A stretch of DNA of 64,000 nucleotides from Candidatus Poribacteria bacterium (GTDB taxonomy: Bacteria; Poribacteria; WGA-4E; PCPOR2b). Location: positions 2,784,001 to 2,848,000 of the forward strand of contig OZ242326.1 of NCBI GenBank assembly GCA_965208325.1. Reading direction: 5' to 3'. Each line of letters opens with the position of its first letter. Position 1 is the stretch's first letter. Below are positions 1-10,138 of this stretch, piece by piece. Position numbers and translations under genes: made by a program. Under the pieces are notes generated by a model, which was not told the DNA's origin, searched no databases, and worked only from the letters and a program-made list of their open reading frames with translations.

Positions 1-89
1 CAAGAAAAGAATCGTAAATCAATTGAGAATCTGTACGCCTCATAACGGGACAAGTCAACGATGAAAGGTAGGACCGAATCGGACCGAAT

Positions 90-752
90 ATGAAAATCCT
101 TGGTGTTGATACATCAACTCCCATCGGAAGCGTTGGATTAATTGACGGCGAAAACTTCGTTGGTGAGCACAGTTTAAATATCGTACAGACTCACTCATCG
201 CGCTTGATTCCCACAATCGATCAAATCCTAAAATGGGCAAACTTGACCGTTCATGAGCTTGATGCGTGCGCCGTCGGAATAGGCCCCGGTTCATTTACGG
301 GCGTTCGAATTGGCGTTGGCGCCGCTAAAGCGCTCTGCTATGCAATCAGAAAACCAATCGTCGGGGTTTCCACGCTAGCGGCGGTTGCCGACAATCTTCG
401 TTACACAAACACGCTGATTTGCCCCGTTCTTGACGCCCGCCGAAATGAAATATACGGTGCCGTCTTTCACGGCGGCGAAAGGTTGGAACGGAAATCTGAC
501 GACCTATGTGTTCCGATTGAAGCATTTTTGGATCGCGTCAGTGACACCGCCGTGTTTGTCGGCGATGGGTTGAAGCGATACTCCGGCGCCATACTCAAGC
601 GATTCGGGGAAAATGCGATTCTTGCATCCGCTGCCTTCAACGTGCCGCGCGGCTCGAACATCGCCCGACTCGGTTACGAACGAATATTAAACGGGCGCAC
701 GGACGACTATTTCTCATTGACACCCAATTATGTCAGGAATCAACCGACTTAA
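90..752 (+). CDS. tsaB: tRNA threonylcarbamoyladenosine biosynthesis protein TsaB
   Basis: MKILGVDTST start, HS..L motif, GPGSFTGVRIG, DARRNEIY, C-terminal P.YVR. Confidence 0.95.
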   Translation: MKILGVDTSTPIGSVGLIDGENFVGEHSLNIVQTHSSRLIPTIDQILKWANLTVHELDACAVGIGPGSFTGVRIGVGAAKALCYAIRKPIVGVSTLAAVADNLRYTNTLICPVLDARRNEIYGAVFHGGERLERKSDDLCVPIEAFLDRVSDTAVFVGDGLKRYSGAILKRFGENAILASAAFNVPRGSNIARLGYERILNGRTDDYFSLTPNYVRNQPT

Positions 753-813
753 TCGAGAGCACGATAGTCCAAACCTCATCTCAAACACTATCGCATTCAC
801 TAGTCAGTTGCAG

Positions 814-1239
814 TTACGGATTCGTCGGCGACGTACAAACTAGGACGATTAACATCTCAGTTCCGGTGTTCTCAAGACCGTGCACACACCAAGGCGGTAA
901 GTAGATAAAATCGCCCGCTTTCACCTCACGAGTGTAATGGGCAAAAGTCATCTCCCCCTCGCCTTGGAGAATGACGTAGCATTCTTCGGGTTCGTGCGAA
1001 CCCGTGGGGAGTACTGTGTGCGGCGGCATGTAAAGTTGCGTGATACTGAAATTCTGAGATGGCGCGTTGGGATTGGTCGGATGCAGCACTCGGACAGCAG
1101 GCCCCTCGCACGGCGGAAATAGGATTGGGATTCCCTCTTGGACGGTTACAATCTTAGGATCCGGCGCCACATCGGGCTTGGGAATCTTGGGCGGCGGCGC
1201 GTCTTCTTCGTATCCTTTGTACACGATAAACTTTGACAT
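814..1239 (-). CDS. Cupin-domain protein
   Basis: HEPEECYVILQGEG...GDFIYLPPWCVHGLEN cupin motifs; ATG at 1239 preceded by AGGAGG. Confidence 0.85.
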   Translation of the reverse strand: MSKFIVYKGYEEDAPPPKIPKPDVAPDPKIVTVQEGIPILFPPCEGPAVRVLHPTNPNAPSQNFSITQLYMPPHTVLPTGSHEPEECYVILQGEGEMTFAHYTREVKAGDFIYLPPWCVHGLENTGTEMLIVLVCTSPTNP

Positions 1240-1300
1240 GAATTCCTCCTTAATGTACAGATTTCCTAAATAGTGCAATTGTCAACTTGAATTTCGATCT

Positions 1301-1401
1301 GAAACCGACGCTTTTTTCTTGAAAACTCGGTTTCTTTAACGGAGTAGCATATTCAAGCTACTCCCCCATTCCCATCGGCTTGTAATTCCAAGCCCTAATT
1401 C
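1301..1401. repeat. Dispersed palindromic intergenic repeat (family A, long form)
   Basis: GAAACCGA-cgcttttttcttgaaaa-CTCGGTTTC hairpin plus a ~65-bp tail shared with the copies at 2997 and 18118. Confidence 0.75.
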
Positions 1402-1550
1402 AAACCAGTTGTAAAAACGTAAGCGCTATGAAATTCTCTCGGTAACGTCAAAACTATAGCAGATAACTACCTCATATACAACATCAAAGTGATTATTCAA
1501 ACAGATTAGATTCCTGAATCGTTCCACAATTGCAGGAAGGTGAGGTCAAA

Positions 1551-2747
1551 ATGAAAATTACCGGCGTCCGCGTATTCGTTACTCGTCCAACGGGACTGAA
1601 CTATGTTGTCATCAAAATATTAACCGATGAAGGCGTTTATGGAGTGGGAGAGGGGTCGCTCAACGGAAACGAAATCGTTGTCGCTCGGTATCTCGAACAC
1701 ATCAAGGAGTTACTTATCGGACATGACCCGCACAACATCGAAGATTTGTGGCATTTGATTTACCGCAGCGGCTATTGGCGGTCAGGACCGGTGTTCAAAG
1801 CAGCCTTGTCCGCAATCGACTTCGCTCTCTGGGATATTAAGGGAAAAGTCGCGAACTTGCCCGTTTACCAACTGTTGGGCGGCGCTTCACGGAAAGCCGT
1901 AAAGGTTTATGGGCATGCCGGCGGGCGTGATGCCAAAGAGATAGAAGATAGCGTTCGTTCATTCTTGGAACGCGGCTTTAAAATTGTCCGCTGCCAAAGC
2001 GGTGACTACGGCGGCAGCGGCCGCCTCGATTACGAACCACCCATACGCGATGGTGTACCCGGCACAGCAATCTTTGAACCCGCGGGCTATCTACTTGAAA
2101 CACCTCGAAATTTTGAGCATCTGCGTAACGCGCTCGGTATGGAAGTTGAGTTGTGCCACGATGTACACGAGCAGCTAACACCGACGGAAGCCGCCTGGTT
2201 GGCAAAACAACTGGAGCCGTACCGGCTCTTTTTCCTCGAAGATCCCGTGATGCCGGAAGAGCGCGAAGGATTGCGCCAGATTCGGCAATCCTGCACCACA
2301 AATATCGCCATCGGCGAATTGTTCACCGATCGCGACGAGTGCATGATGCTGTTTCAAGAGCGGTTGATTGATTACATCCGTATCGCTCCGTTGCACGTCG
2401 GCGGTATCACGGAGGCGCGTAAAATCATGGTACTTGCCGAACCCTTCAGCGTGAAATCCGCGTTCCACGGCGCGGCGGATTTGGGGCCAATTTCACAGGC
2501 AGCCGCGCTCCATCTACAAATGGTTATCCCCAACTTCGGCGTACAAGAGTGGACCGACTTCAGCAGTAGCGAGACGCTGTGCGAGCTCTTTCCAACGCCC
2601 TGCAAACTTGTAGACGGTTATGCTCACCCAGGCGGCGCACCAGGACTCGGCATTGACTTCAACGAAGAGTTGGCGAAAAAATTCCCCTACCAATCTACGT
2701 ACATGCCGATTGTAAGGCGGTCGGATGGAACAATGCACCGCTACTAA
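1551..2747 (+). CDS. Mandelate racemase/enolase-superfamily acid-sugar dehydratase (ManD/RspA-like)
   Basis: AIDFALWDIKGK, HDVHE, FLEDP, GEL metal ligands, HG..D, PGLGIDFNE. Confidence 0.85.
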   Translation: MKITGVRVFVTRPTGLNYVVIKILTDEGVYGVGEGSLNGNEIVVARYLEHIKELLIGHDPHNIEDLWHLIYRSGYWRSGPVFKAALSAIDFALWDIKGKVANLPVYQLLGGASRKAVKVYGHAGGRDAKEIEDSVRSFLERGFKIVRCQSGDYGGSGRLDYEPPIRDGVPGTAIFEPAGYLLETPRNFEHLRNALGMEVELCHDVHEQLTPTEAAWLAKQLEPYRLFFLEDPVMPEEREGLRQIRQSCTTNIAIGELFTDRDECMMLFQERLIDYIRIAPLHVGGITEARKIMVLAEPFSVKSAFHGAADLGPISQAAALHLQMVIPNFGVQEWTDFSSSETLCELFPTPCKLVDGYAHPGGAPGLGIDFNEELAKKFPYQSTYMPIVRRSDGTMHRY

Positions 2748-2794
2748 ATCCGCTCCAAGTCATTGGGAATTTTTGTTCGTACAGAATGTAACTT

Positions 2795-3096
2795 GAAACC
2801 GAGGTTTTTTCTTCAACACTCAGTTTCTTAATCGCAGCAAAAACCGCCCTATAGCCCCAGCGGGGCGGCAGGTGTATAATAAACAGCATCTTCGCAGCTT
2901 GGGTTGAGGGCACAAACTCATCGTCGGGATTCGGAATTCCCTCCTACCAGACCTAATCTCCCCGAAGGAGCGATCTCCGAATCGCGGCCTTTAATTTAAA
3001 CCGAGTTTTATTCTTTAAAAATCGGCTTCTTTTACATAGCAATATTAGGAAACTACTCCACCATCCCTGCCGGCTACGGTTTCCATGCCCTTAATT
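2795..3096. repeat. Composite cluster of REP-like elements
   Basis: Family A copies at 2795-2827 and 2997-3096 flank other short palindromes (TAGCCCCAGCGGGGC; GGGATTCGGAATTCCCTCCTAC; GCGATCTCCGAATCGC). Confidence 0.65.
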
Positions 3097-3202
3097 TTTC
3101 CGGTACAATGTGTAAACCACTTTCGTCACAAATTCAATTTAGTGGAACAAATTTCAATTTATCGTGTGCTACCTCCCAAACAATTAAAGGAGGAAACACA
3201 GA

Positions 3203-4681
3203 ATGAAATCTCACGTTCGAGTAACGCTATGTATCGCAGTAGCCTTGGCATTCGCCGTTAACATGGTCCATCCCACCGCGGCGCCAGCCGCAGATAAAAA
3301 ACAAACACTCCAAGAACTCAGCGACGCATTCGCAGAGGTTGCGAGTGAGGCTAGCAAAATGGTGGTGGCGGTTAAAGCCGAGCAATCTGTAAAGCACAGC
3401 AGTAAGGGAGAGCATTACTGGCTTCCCCGTGTGATTCCGAAAGGGGATGGGACATATCAACGCTTTTACCACGTACCTGAATCGGGAATTCTAAACCGAG
3501 AGTTCCGTCTCCCACCCGAACCACCTCATCTCTTGCAGGATTTTCCCTATTTCGAAGGCTTTGGTTCTGGCATCGTACTTGATGATGAAGGCCACATCGC
3601 CACGGCTGCGGAGTTAATCGGAAACGCCAACAATATCACCGTCACGCTCGGAAACAGCACGCACCGCGAAGCTAAACTGATTGGAGTGGACAACGGAACA
3701 GGCATTGCGGTAATTAAGGTCGATCGCGATGCCGTAACGCAAGCGAAAATTGGCGAATCTGATCAGGTTAAAGTCGGTGAGTTAGCGCTCGATCTCAGGC
3801 GTAACGGCGAAGGCGGCCTATCCGTAGCCCTTGGCGTCGTCAGCGGTACCGGTCGTCAACTACCTGTCCGCAATTATACCGACTTAATCGAAATCAACAC
3901 TAATCTTCGCTCCCATTCCGCGGGCGGCGCGGTCGTCAACGCGAGCGGTAAGGTCATCGGAATGGGTGTCGGTAACACATCGGACGGCGTGTTCGCTATC
4001 CCAATCCGCACCGTTAAGCGCATTGCCGCAGAACTCATTGAACACGGCGAAGTTCAACGCGGCTGGTTGGGTGTTCAGATTCAAAACGTCAATCCAGAAA
4101 CAACGCTGAAACTTGGGCTTGAGGCACCAAGCGGAGCGATTATCCTGCGCGTTCTTCAGGGAACACCTGCCGCAAGAGCAGGCTTGAAAACAAACGACGT
4201 AATTATCGCGATAGATGATGATGAAATTACCAATGCGAAACATCTGCGGTGGGTTATCGCAATGGCTAAACCGAATTCCGAAGTATCAGTCACGGTTATG
4301 CGCGATCGCTCAACAATCGAAATTCCTGTGACGCTTGGCAAACGCACACTTGAAGCCGTCCACGGCTCATTTGAGCGACATGAAACGAGACAAAGCGGTT
4401 GGAAAGGATTGAGTCTGCAAACTCTCACTGAGTCGCTTGCGGAAGCGTTCGGTTATGAGTCTCTTGAAGGAGTTTTGATCGCAGGTGTGGAGCCAGATAG
4501 TCCGGCCGCCGAAGCTGCTAACGGCGAAGAGAAACTTCGAAAGGGCGACCTTATCCTTGAAGTTGACCACCAACATGTCAAAAATGTTGACGCCTTTAAA
4601 GCCGCTGTTCAGACGGACACAGAGACCGTCTTATTGCGAGTGAAACGCGGTACACAGATGTGGTATGTTACCGTAAAGTGA
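3203..4681 (+). CDS. DegP/HtrA-like protein (trypsin domain + 2 PDZ), catalytic triad apparently lost
   Basis: Signal peptide, GSGIVLD, GEVQRGWLGV PDZ junction, two PDZ domains; triad positions read TAAE, TGIAV, SHSAGG. Confidence 0.85.
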   Translation: MKSHVRVTLCIAVALAFAVNMVHPTAAPAADKKQTLQELSDAFAEVASEASKMVVAVKAEQSVKHSSKGEHYWLPRVIPKGDGTYQRFYHVPESGILNREFRLPPEPPHLLQDFPYFEGFGSGIVLDDEGHIATAAELIGNANNITVTLGNSTHREAKLIGVDNGTGIAVIKVDRDAVTQAKIGESDQVKVGELALDLRRNGEGGLSVALGVVSGTGRQLPVRNYTDLIEINTNLRSHSAGGAVVNASGKVIGMGVGNTSDGVFAIPIRTVKRIAAELIEHGEVQRGWLGVQIQNVNPETTLKLGLEAPSGAIILRVLQGTPAARAGLKTNDVIIAIDDDEITNAKHLRWVIAMAKPNSEVSVTVMRDRSTIEIPVTLGKRTLEAVHGSFERHETRQSGWKGLSLQTLTESLAEAFGYESLEGVLIAGVEPDSPAAEAANGEEKLRKGDLILEVDHQHVKNVDAFKAAVQTDTETVLLRVKRGTQMWYVTVK

Positions 4682-4872
4682 ATCCATTCGATCAGCTTTT
4701 GTAGAATCAAACGCTTTGGATGTGTTATAATTCAGCCGCTTCAACATGGCGCCGCGTTTTGTTGTGCCGCCGGATCGGGGTGTTGGGAATCTTATTCCAA
4801 CAACCAATGCCGCACAACTGAACACCATGGTATATGAACGCACATTCAAAGAAAGGGCAAAAGCAGAAACCG

Positions 4873-5745
4873 ATGGAATTACTTAAGTTGGGGATTCCCA
4901 AGGGTTCGCTCCAAGAATCCACCATCAACCTGTTCAAAAGAGCCGGATACAATATCACAGTCAGCAGTAGATCCTACTATCCACAGATAGACGACGACCA
5001 AATTGAGGTCATGCTTCTTCGTCCGCAAGAGATGGCGCTCTACGTCGAACGCGGCGTAATTGATGTGGGGTTGGCTGGACGCGACTGGGTGCGTGAATGC
5101 AAAGCGGACGTACTTGAGATTGCGTCGCTCACCTACAGCAAACAGACAAACCAACCAGCGCGATGGGTGCTGGCTGTCGGAGAGGAGTCACCCATCGAAT
5201 CTGTCGCAGACCTTGAAGGCAAGGTCATTTTCACCGAATTGGTTGAGGCGACCAGAAACTATCTCGCGCAAAGCGGTGTCAACGCAACAGTCAAATTTTC
5301 ACACGGCGCAACGGAAGTCAAGATTCCGCATTTATGCGACGCAATCGTGGAAATCACGGAAACAGGAAGTTCGCTACGCGCGAATCAATTGAAAATCGTC
5401 GACGTCGTGATGGAATCTGTGACCACGCTGATTTCGAATAAAGAGAGTTGGCAAAACGAATGGAAGCAGACGAAGACAAAAAACCTACAAATGCTGCTTT
5501 CAGGTGCGTTGACGGCGGAGCAGAAGGTTGGCTTGAAAATGAATATTAGTCAGGAAAACCTAAATTCGTTGCTGGCAATTCTGCCTGCCATGAAAAACCC
5601 GACAATATCTTCACTCAGCGACGACGGTTGGTACGCTGTCGAAACCATAATCGATGAGCACGTAGTGCGAGACTTGATACCGGAACTCAGGCGAATCGGC
5701 GCAGAAGGCATTATCGAGTATCCGCTAAACAAAGTGATTCCCTGA
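4873..5745 (+). CDS. hisG: ATP phosphoribosyltransferase, long form
   Basis: LGIPKGSL, GATEVK..CDAIVEITETGSSL, C-terminal regulatory domain PTISSL...GAEGII. Confidence 0.95.
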   Translation: MELLKLGIPKGSLQESTINLFKRAGYNITVSSRSYYPQIDDDQIEVMLLRPQEMALYVERGVIDVGLAGRDWVRECKADVLEIASLTYSKQTNQPARWVLAVGEESPIESVADLEGKVIFTELVEATRNYLAQSGVNATVKFSHGATEVKIPHLCDAIVEITETGSSLRANQLKIVDVVMESVTTLISNKESWQNEWKQTKTKNLQMLLSGALTAEQKVGLKMNISQENLNSLLAILPAMKNPTISSLSDDGWYAVETIIDEHVVRDLIPELRRIGAEGIIEYPLNKVIP

Positions 5746-5788
5746 AGCCGCACACAATTTCGAATTGAATCCAATCAACACACGCCAT

Positions 5789-5916
5789 TTATCCTGCTCA
5801 GCCTCCAATCCTGAGAATCCTGATTCAGACAAATCCCCCGCCATTTCTCCAACCCAAATTTCCAAACCACCATTATCCTGAAAATCCTTTAATCCTGTAA
5901 ATCCTGCTTCAGACAA
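5789..5916. repeat. Two direct copies of a 44-bp (AATCCTG)n-TTCAGACAA element
   Basis: 5789-5832 and 5873-5916 share TTATCCTG...AATCCTG..AATCCTG.TTCAGACAA; partial copy GATTCAGACAA near 15801. Confidence 0.7.
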
Positions 5917-6006
5917 TCACCCCAAACGCGCCCCTTTCAATCACCTGCTACCCCTAACCCTGCCCATGATTTAACCACACAATTCACAGTTGGGGAAAAA
6001 GCTTGA

Positions 6007-6594
6007 TCAGAGCATCCCTTTTGTCGAAGGTATACCGCTGATGCGATCGTCGAAACTCGTCGCAATATCCAACGCCCTTGCAACTGCCTTAAAGATTGCT
6101 TCGATGATATGATGGCGGTTTGTTCCATACGATACGTTCACATGCAATGTCGTTCCGCTATGGTTGACAAATCCATGAAAAAATTCCTCAGCGAGCTCAA
6201 CGTCAAAACTTCCCACCTTGCCCCGGCGCAGCGGCGTGCGGTAGAGCAGGTATGGTCGGCCGCACAAGTCTAGGTCCACTTGCGCCAAGGCTTCATACAT
6301 TGGGACAACGAAGCTGCCAAACCGGCGGATGCCAGCTTTGTCTCCCGCTGCCTTTTTGAAGGCTTCTCCCAAACAAATACCGACATCTTCCACTACGTGA
6401 TGATCGTCAACATGGAGATCGCCTGTCGCATTGACATTAAGATTAAAGAGTCCGTGCTTGGCAAAAAGTTCAAGCATGTGGTCTAGAAATCCGATGCGCG
6501 TGTTGATTTCCGACTCACCTGATCCATCAATGTTCAGTGTGAGCGTAATCTGCGTTTCCCGCGTTTCGCGTACAATCTCGGCTTCTCTTTTCAC
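6007..6594 (-). CDS. hisB: Imidazoleglycerol-phosphate dehydratase
   Basis: [39 protein letters not shown]. Confidence 0.97.
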   Translation of the reverse strand: MKREAEIVRETRETQITLTLNIDGSGESEINTRIGFLDHMLELFAKHGLFNLNVNATGDLHVDDHHVVEDVGICLGEAFKKAAGDKAGIRRFGSFVVPMYEALAQVDLDLCGRPYLLYRTPLRRGKVGSFDVELAEEFFHGFVNHSGTTLHVNVSYGTNRHHIIEAIFKAVARALDIATSFDDRISGIPSTKGML

Positions 6595-6856
6595 GGTATC
6601 CGTTCCTCATCGGCGTAGGTTGTTTCACGGAATAGCTTCGGCAATCGCCCTGTTCCGAGCGGATAGTTTAGCATAAGGCCTGTGCTGAATCAAGTCCAAA
6701 TCTTACAGCAGAAATAAAAACCTAGCGCCAAAATATGTCCGTGCCTTCCATCAAACACCCCTGAATCGAGGTGCTTTGGGAGAGGGTGGTCGATGAAAGT
6801 GACGGCCTTGATTGGCTTCTCCTTCGACACGTCTCGGTGCTTTACTCAAACAAACG

Positions 6857-6885
6857 TTGACAGAAACTTCACTATATGGTACATT
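6857..6885 (+). promoter_or_regulatory. sigma70-type promoter for the aminotransferase gene
   Basis: TTGACA-N17-TACATT with extended -10 TG. Confidence 0.6.
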
Positions 6886-6933
6886 GTTTAGTGAATAAAC
6901 GTATAACAACAAAGAACAACAAAAGCGGAACGA

Positions 6934-8205
6934 ATGCCGGAGCGAAATATGCCAGAACGATTGGCAATTCATGGTGGCAAACCGGTCACTACAGAACCTA
7001 TTCCCAGCGGAGTCCACGGACCAAGCGTTATTGATGAACGAGAGATTAAAGCGGTCAACGATGTGCTGCGGAGCGGAAACCTCTTCCGATTTGTCGAAAA
7101 TTCTAATGTAGCCGCGTTTGAGAAAAGTGCGGCTGAGTTATTGGGTGTGAAATATACATTGATGGTTAACTCCGGCACAAGTGCGTTAATTTGCGCTTTG
7201 ACGGGACTCGGCATCGGGCCCGGCGATGAGGTCATCCTCCCCGCTTACACCTTCATCGCAACAGCAGCGGCAATTGTCGCCGTAGGTGCTGTTCCCGTGA
7301 TAGCCGAAATTGACAATTCGCTTGGCATGGATCCTGCCGATGCCGCCCGCAAAATCTCTCCGCACACGAAGGCAATCCTGCCTGTTCACATGCAAGGTGT
7401 GCCCTGCAGTCTCGACAAACTCATTTCCCTCGCCCGGAAACATAACCTTAAAGTAGTTGAAGATTGCTGCCAGTGTATCGGGGGGCAATATAAAGGCGCC
7501 TATACCGGAACATTCGGTGATGCCGGAGCTTGGAGTCTTAACTACTATAAGGTAATAAGCTGCGGTGAAGGCGGATTAGTTTTTACAAATGACTACGATG
7601 TTTACGAGCGCGCAGCTTTCGCTAGTGATCCGGCAATGCCGATGTGGATGAGTGAAAAAGAATGGCAAAATCCGCCGTTCTCACGTCAATGTTACCGCCC
7701 AAGCGAAGTTATGGGCGCAATTGCACGAGTGCAGCTTGCTAAACTCGAAAACATATTGAGTAATACCCGTCGGCTGAAAAAAGCCTTCCTTGCGGAACTA
7801 GATGCTCCCAGAGGGTATACCCCGCAATTTGTGGACGACCCCAATGGCGAATGCGGCATCAGCGCAGCAATTATTATTGAAGACCCTAATCTCGTGCCAA
7901 CATATGCCGAAGCGCTCAAAGCTGAAGGCGTAAGCGCCGGTACAGTCTACAATGAAGGATTTCCGGATCGTCACATTTACCGTTACTGGAATTCGATTCT
8001 GTTCAAAAACAGCCCGCACCGGTCAAACTATCCTTGGAAAGACCCGCAATACCGTGGAAATGTCGAGTATTCACCAGACATGTGCCCGCAAACCCTTTCA
8101 ATTCTTAGTAGAACATTACGGTTTGGATTCAATGTCAACATGCACGACACTCATGCTAGATTATTAGCATCCGCCGTCAATAAGGTTGATGCGGCTTTAG
8201 GATGA
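6934..8205 (+). CDS. DegT/DnrJ/EryC1/StrS PLP-dependent aminotransferase
   Basis: NSGTSAL, GDEVILPAYTFIATA, VEDCCQ, SLNYYKVISCGEGG (PLP lysine). Confidence 0.92.
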   Translation: MPERNMPERLAIHGGKPVTTEPIPSGVHGPSVIDEREIKAVNDVLRSGNLFRFVENSNVAAFEKSAAELLGVKYTLMVNSGTSALICALTGLGIGPGDEVILPAYTFIATAAAIVAVGAVPVIAEIDNSLGMDPADAARKISPHTKAILPVHMQGVPCSLDKLISLARKHNLKVVEDCCQCIGGQYKGAYTGTFGDAGAWSLNYYKVISCGEGGLVFTNDYDVYERAAFASDPAMPMWMSEKEWQNPPFSRQCYRPSEVMGAIARVQLAKLENILSNTRRLKKAFLAELDAPRGYTPQFVDDPNGECGISAAIIIEDPNLVPTYAEALKAEGVSAGTVYNEGFPDRHIYRYWNSILFKNSPHRSNYPWKDPQYRGNVEYSPDMCPQTLSILSRTLRFGFNVNMHDTHARLLASAVNKVDAALG

Positions 8206-8293
8206 ATGTGGAATCGCAGAAAAAATTTCCGAAGGCTTAGCTTGTCAGTTTCTTGTCATTCTCTCATCGCCTTCCAAGTTAAGTTCAATTTTC

Positions 8294-8319
8294 TGAAACG
8301 GATTTTGCCGTAAAGCGTT
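8294..8319 (+). promoter_or_regulatory. ECF-type promoter upstream of ECF sigma gene (likely autoregulatory)
   Basis: TGAAAC-N16-CGTT, resembling the SigW-type TGAAAC-N16-CGT consensus. Confidence 0.55.
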
Positions 8320-8379
8320 GGGATAAATAGCAACAATTTGATTTGCACGTGCTTGATAACGATAGGGAGGACACCCATT

Positions 8380-8979
8380 TTGGCGCGCCAAATTACGGAT
8401 GATCCTTCGGATCAGGAAGATACCCATTTGGCAACTCTCACGAAAGAACGGGATGAGTCCGCCTTTCGCTTGTTGTACAACAAGCATTTCAGTTGGGTTT
8501 TTAGCAAGACGTATCGTATGCTTCAAAACCATCAAGATACTGAAGAGGTGTGCTCAGATATCTTTGTCAAAATGTGGGAGAAAATAGATAAGTGGGATAC
8601 CGACCAAGGAAGTTTTCAAGCATGGTTAAATGTCGTAGCCAAGAATACTATCATTGATGCAATTCGCAAGAAAGAAAGAATTCGTGAATCGCTGTTAAAT
8701 GTCGACGCCGATGCTGACATGCCAAGTGAGTACGAGGACAATCGGCCAACACCTGACAGACTGATTGAATCTCAAGAAGCTCAGGAGATTCTGGAACAAG
8801 CGCTCGCCCAGGTGACTAAGCCGAATCATCGAACAGCTTGGATATTACGTCATATAGAGGGATGTAGTATCGCAGAGATTTCGCAAACGCTTGACCGAAA
8901 AGAAGGTACCGTCAAGATTTGGATCTTTCGTTGCGCACAAGAGTTGAAACAAATCCTAATCAGAAAAGGCTTGCAATAG
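8380..8979 (+). CDS. ECF RNA polymerase sigma factor
   Basis: Region 2 (DTEEVCSDIF, FQAWLNVVAKNTIID) and region 4 (SIAEISQTL...GTVK); TTG start after GGGAGG. Confidence 0.9.
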   Translation: MARQITDDPSDQEDTHLATLTKERDESAFRLLYNKHFSWVFSKTYRMLQNHQDTEEVCSDIFVKMWEKIDKWDTDQGSFQAWLNVVAKNTIIDAIRKKERIRESLLNVDADADMPSEYEDNRPTPDRLIESQEAQEILEQALAQVTKPNHRTAWILRHIEGCSIAEISQTLDRKEGTVKIWIFRCAQELKQILIRKGLQ

Positions 8980-9007
8980 ATATTCTAAACTTGGAGGGGA
9001 GTTAGCC

Positions 9008-10126
9008 ATGAACCTTTGGAAGAAATCAAGACCGATTTACAGCAGTGATGAATCGAAGAATGCGGAGTTGTTAGAAGTATACACATGTTGGATTAAAGGA
9101 GAGAAACTCTCGCGCAAGCAGAAACGACTGCTTAAATCCAGCCAAGACGACACACTGGTAGGGAATTTGAAGCCGCTAATCCACTTTGCCCACTACAGCT
9201 TTCGCGAAACAGAAAGTGTCTTACCTCGTCCTGGTGCAAAACAACGAATCGCTGACGCGCTAACGCGGCGAATTAAACCCACTGCAACTGAAAGCCTTCC
9301 CGACGCCATGCAATTGCAACCGGCTTACAGTATAGATCCGGTTGGAAGTGATAGTGAACTCGCTCACCCGCCTGATGCCGGAAACCTTCCGACGCATCCC
9401 CAACACCAGGTCGATCCCTCTGCTGAGACGGTAATAATCGAAAGAGAAGGTGAACCCGAAGGAATAACGCTTGCACCAGTGGAGGGCAGTTGCAATCTGA
9501 AATTAAGGACAACCCAGATTGATGGAATGCAACAGGAGTATAACATCGCCTTCAAAGAGGTAATCATTGGACGTAGCGTTGAGGCAACGATTCAGTTGAA
9601 TACCAATGCAGCAGTTTCGCGCCGGCATGCGTTGCTCACTGCTTACGGCGATAACGTTTACATTACCGACCTTGGCAGCAGTAACGGCACTTACGTTAAT
9701 GGCGTGCGCATATCTGAACCGACTCGGCTTCAGGTTGCATCTACAATTACCATCGTCAAGCAATCGCTTGAAGTCTCCGAAATTCAGCGTGAGGAAGGCG
9801 CCCTCCGTCTCTCTTTGACGGAATCCGAAGGCGAACATGTTGGACAGGTTTACACCGTCCATATCAAAGAGATTACTGTTGGGCGGGGCAGAGCCGCACG
9901 CCTCCGATTCTCCGATCCTGCCGGGACGCTTTCACGCCTGCATGCAAGATTTGAGTTGAAAAATGGAGATATATACATTACAGATCTCCACAGTACAAAC
10001 GGCACCTATGTGGATGGCGTTCCCATAGAAGGTCCGACTGTGCTTCAAACGGGCGCAACCATACAACTAGGCAGCGTTATCTGTTATGTAGTCGATATCG
10101 AACATGCGCCGTTAGTTTCTGTTTGA
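9008..10126 (+). CDS. Tandem FHA-domain protein with helical N-terminus (putative anti-sigma factor)
   Basis: Two FHA motifs: IGRS..VSRRHA..DLGSSNGTYVNG and VGRG..LSRLHA..DLHSTNGTYVDG. Confidence 0.85.
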   Translation: MNLWKKSRPIYSSDESKNAELLEVYTCWIKGEKLSRKQKRLLKSSQDDTLVGNLKPLIHFAHYSFRETESVLPRPGAKQRIADALTRRIKPTATESLPDAMQLQPAYSIDPVGSDSELAHPPDAGNLPTHPQHQVDPSAETVIIEREGEPEGITLAPVEGSCNLKLRTTQIDGMQQEYNIAFKEVIIGRSVEATIQLNTNAAVSRRHALLTAYGDNVYITDLGSSNGTYVNGVRISEPTRLQVASTITIVKQSLEVSEIQREEGALRLSLTESEGEHVGQVYTVHIKEITVGRGRAARLRFSDPAGTLSRLHARFELKNGDIYITDLHSTNGTYVDGVPIEGPTVLQTGATIQLGSVICYVVDIEHAPLVSV

Positions 10127-10138
10127 ATTCTTGAGTGT

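Noticed and set aside
5725..5916. 63-aa ORF MSEAGFTGLKDFQD...
   Set aside because: It is the translation of the ATCCTG repeat doublet and overlaps the hisG end; likely spurious.
6761..6840. Possible structured RNA upstream of hisB and the aminotransferase
   Set aside because: Only weak pairing (GGGAGAG/CTTCTCC) and no recognisable family motif.
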